Made by a program: the position numbers and the translations under genes. Shown here in pieces: positions 7,556-16,290 of a stretch of 31,798 nucleotides of DNA; position 1 is the stretch's first letter; every line of letters starts with the position of its first letter. The notes beneath the pieces are model-generated. The model was not told the DNA's origin, searched no databases, and was given only the letters and a program-made list of their open reading frames with translations. The stretch is taken from contig JBAXIL010000017.1 of NCBI GenBank assembly GCA_037138355.1, positions 1 to 31,798 of the forward strand, written 5' to 3'. The stretch comes from a bacterium. GTDB taxonomy: Bacteria > Oederibacteriota > PGYV01 > Palsa-1178.

Positions 7556-9382
7556 ATGAGAATTTCACCAATAGGACATTTGTCTTCAAAACATTATTAC
7601 AAAAGGAAAAGATGGCAGATAGTCCTTGTTGTTGTAGCTATTATAGCTATATTTTATGCGATTTTTCGTTTTTCTGGAGAAAATATAACTTATAGTTTAG
7701 CCATTTCTGGCGGAGTTGACAAATTCAAAAAAGGCAAGCTTACTTATGCTATTTCCGATTTTAATCATGCTTTAAATATCAGACCAAATGGATATTTAGC
7801 CTTAGATGGTCTCGGTTTAATAGCAGGCAGACAAAATGATTTTGAGAAAGCGCAAAAATATTATACAGAGGCCTTAGCTGCAGGTTTGAAACAAAACAGA
7901 ACCATAGACCATACTTTTTATGGAGATATGTATTTAGATCAAGGTTTATACAAAAATGCTGCTGTTGAGTACGGACAGGCATTAAAATTAAATGCCAATA
8001 ACCCTGAAGCGCTTTATGGTACAGGTTGTTGCCTACATGCTTCAGGAAATCTTGATGACGCAATCAATTATTATAATAAAGCGCTCATGCTCAATCAGAA
8101 ATTTACAAAAGCAAGAAAAAATCTTTCCTTAGCAGAAGAAGATAGAAACAAAGGTGCTATGTACTACCTGTTTGATTCAAATGGGGAACCTTTGGCACGG
8201 TATAACCTGATAAAATCTGAAACACAACGCACATACATTCTCGACCAAAAAACAGCGCACATTACTGGATTTGTAAGTAAAAGACACAATCGCTCAGAAG
8301 GTATTGAAAAATACTTAGCAGAATATATTCCTGGAAACAAAATATACCTTACCATAGATACGCGTGTACAAAACGCTGTAGCAAAATCTATGGGTTGGTA
8401 TAAGGGTGCAGTAGTTGTACTAAAGCCTTCAACTGGTGAAATTCTTGCCCTTTACAGCCAACCTACTTACCGTCCAAACACCATAGAAAAAGACTGGTGG
8501 AAAGTAGTAGATAATGTAAACCAACCTCTTCTAAACCGCGCCACTGATAAACTTTATGAACCTGGCTCGATTGCTAAAGTAATCACAGTCGCTGCGGCTT
8601 TTGAACGCAGCATTAACGAAAAAGATGTTTACCCTATCAAATGCGCTGGCTCAACACAATTTGACGGTCAATCTTTTTGGTGTTCACAAAAACATGGAAA
8701 AATTAAAAGTATTGCACAAACAATAGAACTTTCCTGTAACATCGGCTGCGCCTTCCTCGGCTTTGCAGTTGGTTCCCCTACTCTTACAGAATACAATCAA
8801 AAATTTGGTTTCGGCCGTCAATTTGATATAGGCTTCTATGATAAAATCCTTGAGAAAAATTTTTCAATTCCTATCAAAGAAAGTTTTGCTCCACAAAATG
8901 ATAAAACCAGATATGAAACCGCTCTTCATTCTTGTGGTTTGAGCATACCTGAAAAAAACACATATACGATTACTCCACTCCATGCGGCTATGCTCGCAGC
9001 GGCAATTGCTAATAACGGAGTAATGATGAGCCCTTACATAATAAAAGAAATTAGAAATATAAATGGAAAAATAATTTATCAAGGTTTGCCATCCGAGGCT
9101 AAAAGATCCATAGCTCCTGCTACAGCTAAAAAAATTACCGACCTTATGATTAAAACTGTTAATGAAGGGATTGGTAAAAAAGCACAAGTAAAAGGACTAA
9201 CAATAGCTGGTAAAACTGGAACATCTGGTGGTAAAAATGGCATATTAAATGCGTGGTTTATCTCATTTGCACCTGCCGAAGCTCCGCAGTATGCGATTTC
9301 AGTATTAGGCGATGGAGAAGGCAAAGGTATGACAGTGGCAGCACCAGTTGCAGGGGAGATTTATAAAGAATTACTTAAATAA
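7556..9382 (+). CDS. Membrane-anchored TPR-repeat / class B penicillin-binding protein (transpeptidase) fusion
   Basis: Basic N-terminus, one TM helix, about 4 TPRs, then LTID, GAVVVLKPSTGEILAL, LLNRA, PGSIAK (SxxK), SCN (SxN), KTGT; start moved to ATG 7556 behind AGGAGG. Confidence 0.9.
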   Translation: MRISPIGHLSSKHYYKRKRWQIVLVVVAIIAIFYAIFRFSGENITYSLAISGGVDKFKKGKLTYAISDFNHALNIRPNGYLALDGLGLIAGRQNDFEKAQKYYTEALAAGLKQNRTIDHTFYGDMYLDQGLYKNAAVEYGQALKLNANNPEALYGTGCCLHASGNLDDAINYYNKALMLNQKFTKARKNLSLAEEDRNKGAMYYLFDSNGEPLARYNLIKSETQRTYILDQKTAHITGFVSKRHNRSEGIEKYLAEYIPGNKIYLTIDTRVQNAVAKSMGWYKGAVVVLKPSTGEILALYSQPTYRPNTIEKDWWKVVDNVNQPLLNRATDKLYEPGSIAKVITVAAAFERSINEKDVYPIKCAGSTQFDGQSFWCSQKHGKIKSIAQTIELSCNIGCAFLGFAVGSPTLTEYNQKFGFGRQFDIGFYDKILEKNFSIPIKESFAPQNDKTRYETALHSCGLSIPEKNTYTITPLHAAMLAAAIANNGVMMSPYIIKEIRNINGKIIYQGLPSEAKRSIAPATAKKITDLMIKTVNEGIGKKAQVKGLTIAGKTGTSGGKNGILNAWFISFAPAEAPQYAISVLGDGEGKGMTVAAPVAGEIYKELLK

Positions 9383-9385
9383 GTA

Positions 9386-10216
9386 TTATCTGGCTTTTTT
9401 TAAAATAGTTCGTATGAGCTTCACTTTTGATAAACCTATGGCTTCCAATATTTTTATTTCTTTTACAAAAATATACGCTGCGCTGATTGAGTAATATACA
9501 AGTCCAGCCACACCATCAAGAAAACCTACCTTGATAAAATAATGTTTCATAAAGTATAAAATCGGCTTAATTATAACTGAATATCCTGTTGGCACATACT
9601 TTATTTTTATTGCCCTTTGTACTTCCAAAGCAGTGTAACTATTCATAGCTTTAATGTGTGCTTTAATACTTTTTTTTGAATAATGGAGTAAAGGCGCCTT
9701 CAAATTACTGGCTTTTCCTTTTAAAATAAATCTCTCATGTATTTCAGTTTCTTCAAATTTACCTGTATTTTTTCTAAAGAATCTTAATTGTGAATCAGGA
9801 TATATATTTCCATATTTTAGTAAATGTCCATAAAAATATGTTTTTCTTGGAATGTAATACCCAACTATTGAAGCACCATATTTAATTGGCAAATCAGCTG
9901 AGGTCTTGGAATACACAGTTTCCTTTTTGACTATATTGATAAGTTCATCTTTCAACTCCGTTGTAACTATTTCATCCGCATCCAGGCTAAGTATCCAAGA
10001 ATTTTTTACTTTTGAAATTGCAAAGTTCTTTTGTTTTGCATAACCTTCCCATTTTTTCAAAATCACCCTAGCCCCATATCCCTTACATATTGCGACTGTG
10101 CGATCCGTACTTCCCGAATCTACTACTATGATTTCATCCACCCACTTTATACTATCTAAACAGCGAGCAATAATTTTTTCTTCATTTCTTGTTATTATTA
10201 CGGCTGATATTTTCAT
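9386..10216 (-). CDS. Glycosyltransferase family 2, WaaE/KdtX-like (LPS core type)
   Basis: ISAVIITRNEE, VVDSGSTDRT, QKN, WILSLDADE, IHE, GFLDG. Confidence 0.9.
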   Translation of the reverse strand: MKISAVIITRNEEKIIARCLDSIKWVDEIIVVDSGSTDRTVAICKGYGARVILKKWEGYAKQKNFAISKVKNSWILSLDADEIVTTELKDELINIVKKETVYSKTSADLPIKYGASIVGYYIPRKTYFYGHLLKYGNIYPDSQLRFFRKNTGKFEETEIHERFILKGKASNLKAPLLHYSKKSIKAHIKAMNSYTALEVQRAIKIKYVPTGYSVIIKPILYFMKHYFIKVGFLDGVAGLVYYSISAAYIFVKEIKILEAIGLSKVKLIRTILKKAR

Positions 10217-10256
10217 TATTTAGCAACTCCTCTATATTGATTGATCCATACAAAGT

Positions 10257-11318
10257 TTACCACTCAAACTCATTATTACCAGATACTTTTTTCTTAATCT
10301 TATCAGGTTCACTATTGTTTTTCAGTATGTTTTCTGGTTTCTTGATATCAGCATTGATATTATGCTCCACACCATCTTGCGGAAATAGATATTCTAAAGA
10401 CAACCCTATCCTGTGATTGATAGCACCAGGAATTATATTATCCGATACATACGCATAGTCAATTTTTATCGATAAAACATCCAAGGGCTTTATCCTGATT
10501 CCGGCACCAAGTGTTAGTGCATTATTATATCCGCCCCTCAAAAAAACAAAATCATTAATTGAAATCTCGGTTCCTGCTCTTATACTGAAACCATTAAAAG
10601 AATTGTATACAAAATCTATCGAAGGCAAAGCCGAAAACCCAGCTGCCCCAAACATATTATAAAATTTATATGATAACCCTGCTGTTGTTATCTGTGGCAA
10701 AGATTCTGTTTTCGAACTCCCATTCCATATAATATTTGTTGAAATTCCAGAAAATGATAGTCCTGCATTCAAACTTTCACTCAACTTAATCAATGTACCC
10801 AAATCAAAACCAACGCCAATACCATAATATGCTCCAAGATTTTTAAATAAAAATTTAAAATTCCCACCTAAACAAATCTTATCAGAAAGTTTTGTGGAAA
10901 GATTGAAAGTAAAAATACTTGAGGAATCGGACATTATTGAATCCGGTTCAGGAGAATTAGTTAACCGTGTTTCAATGTTTGATCCTGAATAATTATTTAT
11001 CCATGAAGCTCCAAAGGCATATATCGCATCATTTAATTCAAATGGTTTAGCAATAGAAATGTAGTTTATGCTTCGGTCAAAACTCAAAATATAAGTTTCT
11101 CCCATCAATTCAAGCCCTTTCATATTAACACTCCCTGCCGGATTGTAATATGCCCCTGAAGAATCATCAGCAATAGATGTAAAAGCACTTCCCATTCCAG
11201 TAGCCCTTGTTCCTACACCAAGCTTTAAAAATGCAAATGGTTCTCCGCCAGAGGCACAAAGTACTGCCGCAAATACCATCAGTATGATAGCAACTATAAA
11301 AGCCTTTCTTTTCATCAT
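10257..11318 (-). CDS. PorV/PorQ (UPF0164)-like outer-membrane beta-barrel protein
   Basis: Signal peptide followed by FLKLGVGTRATGMGSAFTSIADDSSGAYYNPAG; alternating beta-strands (GFDLG, LRGGY, IDYAY, HRIGL). Confidence 0.8.
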   Translation of the reverse strand: MMKRKAFIVAIILMVFAAVLCASGGEPFAFLKLGVGTRATGMGSAFTSIADDSSGAYYNPAGSVNMKGLELMGETYILSFDRSINYISIAKPFELNDAIYAFGASWINNYSGSNIETRLTNSPEPDSIMSDSSSIFTFNLSTKLSDKICLGGNFKFLFKNLGAYYGIGVGFDLGTLIKLSESLNAGLSFSGISTNIIWNGSSKTESLPQITTAGLSYKFYNMFGAAGFSALPSIDFVYNSFNGFSIRAGTEISINDFVFLRGGYNNALTLGAGIRIKPLDVLSIKIDYAYVSDNIIPGAINHRIGLSLEYLFPQDGVEHNINADIKKPENILKNNSEPDKIKKKVSGNNEFEW

Positions 11319-11371
11319 TAAGCCACCATGTTTTATGACTAATTTACCAACTAATAATCAACAAGCTCTAT

Positions 11372-13045
11372 TTATTTAAACACAACTATCTTATTTTTAC
11401 CGTATCTTACACCATTTGTTTTGATCAAATAAAAATATACCCCATTTGCCACTCTCTTATTGTCCTTATTTTTACCATTCCATTTTACTGTATTTTGAAT
11501 TCCACTTAATACTTCAAATGACTGTAAGGTTTTATCCCAAACAAGTTCTCCGCCACCGTCATATATGCAAACAAATATTTTTTGTGCTTTATCAATTGTA
11601 AATACTATATTTGTATAATTATCGCTGTCAGGTGAAAAAGGATTTGGCCAATTATAAGTTTTTATATCTGGATTGCTTACAGTGCTAACTTCTAAATTCA
11701 GAGCTTTAAAAGCATTTACTCTGCCCCAGCCAAAGTATTTGTCATATCCTGAATGTCCTATATTTATCGCTGAACAGTCACGATGATAATCATCATCTGC
11801 CGATTGTTCAAGTATTGTTTTCAGTTGCGTTGCTGTGTAATCAGGATATTTCATTTTAATTAAGGCGGCTACTGCTGCCACAATCGGTGAAGAAAAAGAG
11901 GTTCCAGACTCTTCTGTATAAGAAGAATAATTTTCATTTGATGTACTTAATATATTTACGCCTGGCGCCGCTATATCTATTTTACCCCAGTTAGAAAAAT
12001 CTGCCTTTACATCATAAGTATTTCCACATGTATCAGTCAACATATCGCTCGCTGCAACTGCCATAACATTTGAATATGCCGCCGGATAAAAAGTTTGATC
12101 ATTTGAATTACCTGCTGCGGCAACTATAAGACAGCCTTTATTATATGCATAATTAACACCATTTTGAAGAATTGCATCAGCAGATGTTCCACCTAAACTC
12201 ATGTTTATTATATCAGCGCCATTATCAGCCGCCCAAACTATGCCTGTATAAATATCTGCGTCAGTACCTTCCCCTAAAGAATCAAGTACTTTTATTGGCA
12301 TTACTTTTACACCAAAAGTTCCTCCATAATTTAAACCAGAAATACTGGATATCCCTAAAGAATTATTAGTACTTGCCACTATTATTCCTGCGACATGAGT
12401 GCCGTGACCTTCATCATCGTATGGCAGTTGAGTTGGATTTAATATATTTTTTCCTGTGACAGTAACTCCCCTAAGATCTTCGTGCCCACCACTCAAGTCA
12501 ATGTCCACACCCGTATCTATTACTGCAACTATCACATTTCTAACTGGCACAATAGTAGCTAATAATTCGGCATATGCTTTATCTGCTCTAATCTGATTAA
12601 TATACCACTGAGATGGCACTACTGAATAGTAATTGTCATTTGGGCCAGCAAGCAAAGGTGTATAAGAGGCAGTTTGGGTATAAAAAATATAATTAGGTTG
12701 CACACTTTCAATTACAGGTTCTGCTTTAAGTGCCAAAATAACACTTTCTATACTTTCATTTTTGGGTATCTTATAACATACAAAATAATTCTGTGGCAAA
12801 TAAGTTCTTGTCTTTGTAATATTATGTATTCCTTCTATATACGCTATTATTTCATTGCGCGCCTTTGCTTTCATTGAATACTTAGCTACCAATAAATCAA
12901 TATCAGCCTGCGTAAATTCCGCTTTGTACACAACAAGAACTTCATCTTTATACTTTGGCAGTTTTGAAGTGTCCCTTGCCTGTGAAAATGCATAGGAAAT
13001 TAGAATAAATACGGCTAAACACAAATAGAGAAGTTTTTTTGTCAT
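11372..13045 (-). CDS. Secreted S8 (subtilisin/thermitase-like) serine peptidase with C-terminal FlgD-Ig / T9SS type-A-like sorting domain
   Basis: Signal peptide, propeptide, triad VIDTG / HGTHVAG / GTSFSSP; C-terminus NWPNPF...IYDGGGELV...WNGKN...VANGVYFYLI...KIVV. Confidence 0.92.
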   Translation of the reverse strand: MTKKLLYLCLAVFILISYAFSQARDTSKLPKYKDEVLVVYKAEFTQADIDLLVAKYSMKAKARNEIIAYIEGIHNITKTRTYLPQNYFVCYKIPKNESIESVILALKAEPVIESVQPNYIFYTQTASYTPLLAGPNDNYYSVVPSQWYINQIRADKAYAELLATIVPVRNVIVAVIDTGVDIDLSGGHEDLRGVTVTGKNILNPTQLPYDDEGHGTHVAGIIVASTNNSLGISSISGLNYGGTFGVKVMPIKVLDSLGEGTDADIYTGIVWAADNGADIINMSLGGTSADAILQNGVNYAYNKGCLIVAAAGNSNDQTFYPAAYSNVMAVAASDMLTDTCGNTYDVKADFSNWGKIDIAAPGVNILSTSNENYSSYTEESGTSFSSPIVAAVAALIKMKYPDYTATQLKTILEQSADDDYHRDCSAINIGHSGYDKYFGWGRVNAFKALNLEVSTVSNPDIKTYNWPNPFSPDSDNYTNIVFTIDKAQKIFVCIYDGGGELVWDKTLQSFEVLSGIQNTVKWNGKNKDNKRVANGVYFYLIKTNGVRYGKNKIVVFK

Positions 13046-13695
13046 TATTTTTCCTTTCTGTAAATCAACTCCATAATAATTTCAGCAAGTTTTTCTTTAC
13101 TTTGTCTGCCTTCATAAAGGGCCTTACCTTGTTTGCCAATAATTATTATTTCATTTTCATCTGAACCGAAGCCTACATCTTTTTTGCTTATATCATTAAA
13201 TACTATCATATCAAGATTTTTTGATTTCATTTTTCTTTTGGTTTCACTTAAATCTTTTCCAGACTGTGCCGAATAACCGACAAGCATTTTTTTGCCTTTG
13301 TTTTTACCAGCCCAAGCCATAATATCTTCAGTAGGTTTCAGTTCTATTAGAAGATTTTTCTGACCTTCTCTTTTTATTTTTCCTTTTCTTCTCTGTAGAG
13401 TAAAATCACCGACTGCTGCGGCACCAATAATAATATCTGCACGCTTAAAATTTTCTTTGAATTTTTCCATCATTTCCAAGGCAGAAGTAACTTCGATTAT
13501 TTCAGCACCCTGAGGCATATATGCACTTTTTCCAGATAAAAATATTACATTCAAGCCAAGTGATAAAGCCGCATTTGCAAGGTAATATCCAGTTTTTCCG
13601 GACGACGGGTTTGATATAAATCTCACATCATCAAGGTATTCCCTTGTAGCACCTGAAGTGATTAGGACAGTGGTTTTATTGATTGTTTTTTTTTT
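13045..13695 (-). CDS. coaBC: Phosphopantothenoylcysteine synthetase (CoaB) half of coaBC, in the -1 frame relative to CoaC
   Basis: The frame reads KKKTINKTTVLITSGATREYLDDVRFISNPSSGKTG...AAAVGDF...VGYSAQ...KNLDMIVFND...FGSDEN; the conserved VLITxGxTRExxDxVR motif lies upstream of the GTG used by the ORF track. Confidence 0.88.
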   Translation of the reverse strand, partial: KKKTINKTTVLITSGATREYLDDVRFISNPSSGKTGYYLANAALSLGLNVIFLSGKSAYMPQGAEIIEVTSALEMMEKFKENFKRADIIIGAAAVGDFTLQRRKGKIKREGQKNLLIELKPTEDIMAWAGKNKGKKMLVGYSAQSGKDLSETKRKMKSKNLDMIVFNDISKKDVGFGSDENEIIIIGKQGKALYEGRQSKEKLAEIIMELIYRKEK

Positions 13696-14234
13696 ACTTT
13701 TATCATACTTAAAGCTTTATCATAAATCTTTTTAATGTCCTCTATATGACCTGCCCCATAATCCCCACAAGCAAGTTCTCCTTCTTTTGGACCAATGAAA
13801 ATATATCCTAATTTTTCAAGTTTCTTTACATTTTCAACCACTATTGGATTGTTCCACATTTGAGTATTCATGGCTGGTGCTATTAGTACTTTCTTATCCG
13901 TTGCCATAACCGTAGTAGTGAGAAGATCATCTGCTATGCCACAGGCAATTTTACCTATAATATTTGCCGTCGCAGGAACAATAACAATAAGATCACAATT
14001 TTGGGCAAGCCCTATGTGTTCCACTTTTGCATTAGAATTTTTTGCTTCAAAAAACATATCCTCATATACAGGATTGCCTGTCAATGTCCGTAGAGTCAAG
14101 GGAGTAACAAACTCCCGCGCCTCTTTAGTCATAACGCAAACTGTATCAATATCCGCTTTTGTGAAAAGTCTTATCAGCTCTGGTACTTTGTAGGCAGCAA
14201 TCCCGCCTGTAATTGCAATAACAATGCGTGACAT
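13662..14234 (-). CDS. coaBC: Phosphopantothenoylcysteine decarboxylase (CoaC) half of coaBC
   Basis: ITGGIAAYK, EHI, PATANIIGK, GIADD, PAMNTQMW, LACGDYGAG. Confidence 0.93.
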   Translation of the reverse strand: MSRIVIAITGGIAAYKVPELIRLFTKADIDTVCVMTKEAREFVTPLTLRTLTGNPVYEDMFFEAKNSNAKVEHIGLAQNCDLIVIVPATANIIGKIACGIADDLLTTTVMATDKKVLIAPAMNTQMWNNPIVVENVKKLEKLGYIFIGPKEGELACGDYGAGHIEDIKKIYDKALSMIKVKKKQSIKPLS

Positions 14235-14236
14235 TA

Positions 14237-14464
14237 TTAATCGCCGATATTTATTTTTTCTATGTCAAATTCCGCATGTTTAATCTTATCATTTAAGAAC
14301 TCTTTTACAGCAGTAACTGTAGGTTTTTTCTTTCTGTCTGCTTCTTCTACATCTGCTGGATTTTCCCTAATGGCTTTTGCTCTGCTGGCTATAATGATAG
14401 TCGCGGCATACTTGTTTCCAACTTTGGCCTTTAATTCCTCGTGTGTAAAATCAAACTTTTTCAT
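14237..14464 (-). CDS. rpoZ: RNA polymerase omega subunit
   Basis: NKY...IASRA...KP..TAVKE motif; position between gmk and coaBC. Confidence 0.88.
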   Translation of the reverse strand: MKKFDFTHEELKAKVGNKYAATIIIASRAKAIRENPADVEEADRKKKPTVTAVKEFLNDKIKHAEFDIEKINIGD

Positions 14465-14535
14465 GCTGTTTCTCCTTTTTGCCCTGTTTATAAGGCTTAC
14501 GCTCCGTTGCAGTTTAATACCGCCTCGGAAGCTTA

Positions 14536-15123
14536 TTACTTATTTAACTGGTATCTCTTATTACATTCCAGCTTATATATACACTCCAATAAACTTGTGG
14601 CTACATCTAAATCCTCATTAACAATTATATAATCATACTTTGAGCGTTCTTTCAATTCTTTTTTTGCTAGAGCCAACCTTTTTGAGACTGCTTCAGGAGC
14701 CTCTGTTTTGCGATTTTTTAACCTTCTTGCCAGTTCCGTAAATGACGGTGGTAGAATGAAAATAGTAACACAATCTCTTAACTTTAACCTTATCTTTTTA
14801 GCACCCTGCACATCTATGTCCATAATTACATTTTTGCCTTCACTTACAGTATTTAATACCGTTTTTCTTAAAGTTCCGTAGAAATTATCAAGCACACGAG
14901 CATGCTCCAAGAACTTACCATTCTTTACAAATTCCTTGAACTTTTTCTTTGTAAAAAAATAATAATGCTTGCCATTTATTTCTTCTTTTCTCGCTTCTCT
15001 TGTTGTTACTGAAACAGAAGCGACAAAATCACTTTTATGATTTATAAGGAATTTGTTAATAACAGTCGTCTTTCCCGTACCCGAAGGCGCTGATATTACA
15101 AAAACAATACCTTTTTTTTTCAT
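14536..15123 (-). CDS. gmk: Guanylate kinase
   Basis: SAPSGTGKTT, SVTTR, YGT, DIDVQGA, FILPPS, YDYIIVN. Confidence 0.96.
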   Translation of the reverse strand: MKKKGIVFVISAPSGTGKTTVINKFLINHKSDFVASVSVTTREARKEEINGKHYYFFTKKKFKEFVKNGKFLEHARVLDNFYGTLRKTVLNTVSEGKNVIMDIDVQGAKKIRLKLRDCVTIFILPPSFTELARRLKNRKTEAPEAVSKRLALAKKELKERSKYDYIIVNEDLDVATSLLECIYKLECNKRYQLNK

Positions 15124-15401
15124 TTCTTTTCAGGTTCCTTTTCTTTTGTTTTTTTATCTTGCAGTTTTTCATTATTTCCAAATCTAACAAGTAATGTCTC
15201 TGCCTGTATAGCTGAGATAACACAATGATTTGAATCCGTTACTATGACAGCTCTTATTTTCTTTCCATGCGTGGCGTCAATCAAAAAACCACTTTTTCTG
15301 GCTTCTTCTATCATTCTTTTTACAGGAGTTGAGTTGACATCTATTACAGCCACTATTCTTTCCTGAACTACTGCATTATCAAAACCTACATTAAGAAGCA
15401 C
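15120..15401 (-). CDS. remA: RemA/YlzA (DUF370) family protein
   Basis: LLNVGFDN...RIVAV...LIDATHG...VIVTDSNH.VISAIQ.ETL; conserved position between yicC and gmk. Confidence 0.9.
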   Translation of the reverse strand: MLLNVGFDNAVVQERIVAVIDVNSTPVKRMIEEARKSGFLIDATHGKKIRAVIVTDSNHCVISAIQAETLLVRFGNNEKLQDKKTKEKEPEKK

Positions 15402-15429
15402 AAAAGTCCTCCGTTTTAGTTACAAATTA

Positions 15430-16290
15430 TTATTCTAAGTTTAAAGCCTGTTCTCTAATCTTTTCCGTATTTTCTTTTATGACAATCACTGCATGCGCTA
15501 TCTTAGCATTGTTAATTTTTGAACCTATAGTGTTGGCTTCTCTGTAAAACTCCTGCGCAAGAAAATCTAACTTCCTACCTGCAGCATCATTTTTTATTAT
15601 CGACAAAGCCTGTTTTACATGTGACGAAATTCTAACCAATTCTTCCGTTATATTATATTTGTCCAGAATTTCAACAGCCTCTGTATTTAAAAAACCCTGT
15701 CTGTTTTCTTTGGCAAGTATAACATCCAATCTTTCGCGGGTTTTCTTTTTATACTCTTCTTTAAATTCTTCATGCATACTGACAATATTTGCAGCTTCTT
15801 TCTCAATTATACTCAACCGATTTTCAATATCTTTTATATGTCCCTGTGCTTCTTTTTCCTTCATCTTCATAAAATCCTTAAAAGCCGCCTCTATAACTGG
15901 TTTCACTTTTTTCCAGGAATAAGTATCTTTTGCTTCTGCATCTTTTACCGTTACTATTCCATTAACGCTGTTTAATATGGTCTGTACTGGTATTTCACCT
16001 TTGATCTTAACTTTTGTCATAAGTTTTTTCATAGATGCGTACGCTTCTTTAAATAGTTCTTCATCAACAACTACATGTTTTTTGATATTATTCTTGTCAA
16101 GATTTACAAAAAGATCCACTCTTCCACGAATAACACTGTCATTTAAAAATTTATATATAAAAGGCTCTGCCTCAAAAAACTCCTGTGGCAAATGTAATAC
16201 TACTTCTTTATATTTAGAATTCAAACCTTTTAAATTTACTGTAAACTTTGGGGTTCTGTGCGTTCCCCAACCTGTCATCGAATAGGCCAA
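15430..16290 (-). CDS. yicC: YicC/YloC family endoribonuclease
   Basis: SMTGWG, RGRVD, ITEELVRISSH, GRKLDFLAQEFYREANTIGSK, EKIREQALNLE; start moved to TTG 16290 behind AAGGAGG. Confidence 0.93.
   Translation of the reverse strand: MAYSMTGWGTHRTPKFTVNLKGLNSKYKEVVLHLPQEFFEAEPFIYKFLNDSVIRGRVDLFVNLDKNNIKKHVVVDEELFKEAYASMKKLMTKVKIKGEIPVQTILNSVNGIVTVKDAEAKDTYSWKKVKPVIEAAFKDFMKMKEKEAQGHIKDIENRLSIIEKEAANIVSMHEEFKEEYKKKTRERLDVILAKENRQGFLNTEAVEILDKYNITEELVRISSHVKQALSIIKNDAAGRKLDFLAQEFYREANTIGSKINNAKIAHAVIVIKENTEKIREQALNLE

Noticed and set aside
13045..14234. Naturally split coaC and coaB genes with independent starts
   Set aside because: The first canonical start in the CoaB frame (GTG 13626) would delete the conserved VLITSGATRE motif and has no clear SD; an ATC start cannot be excluded.
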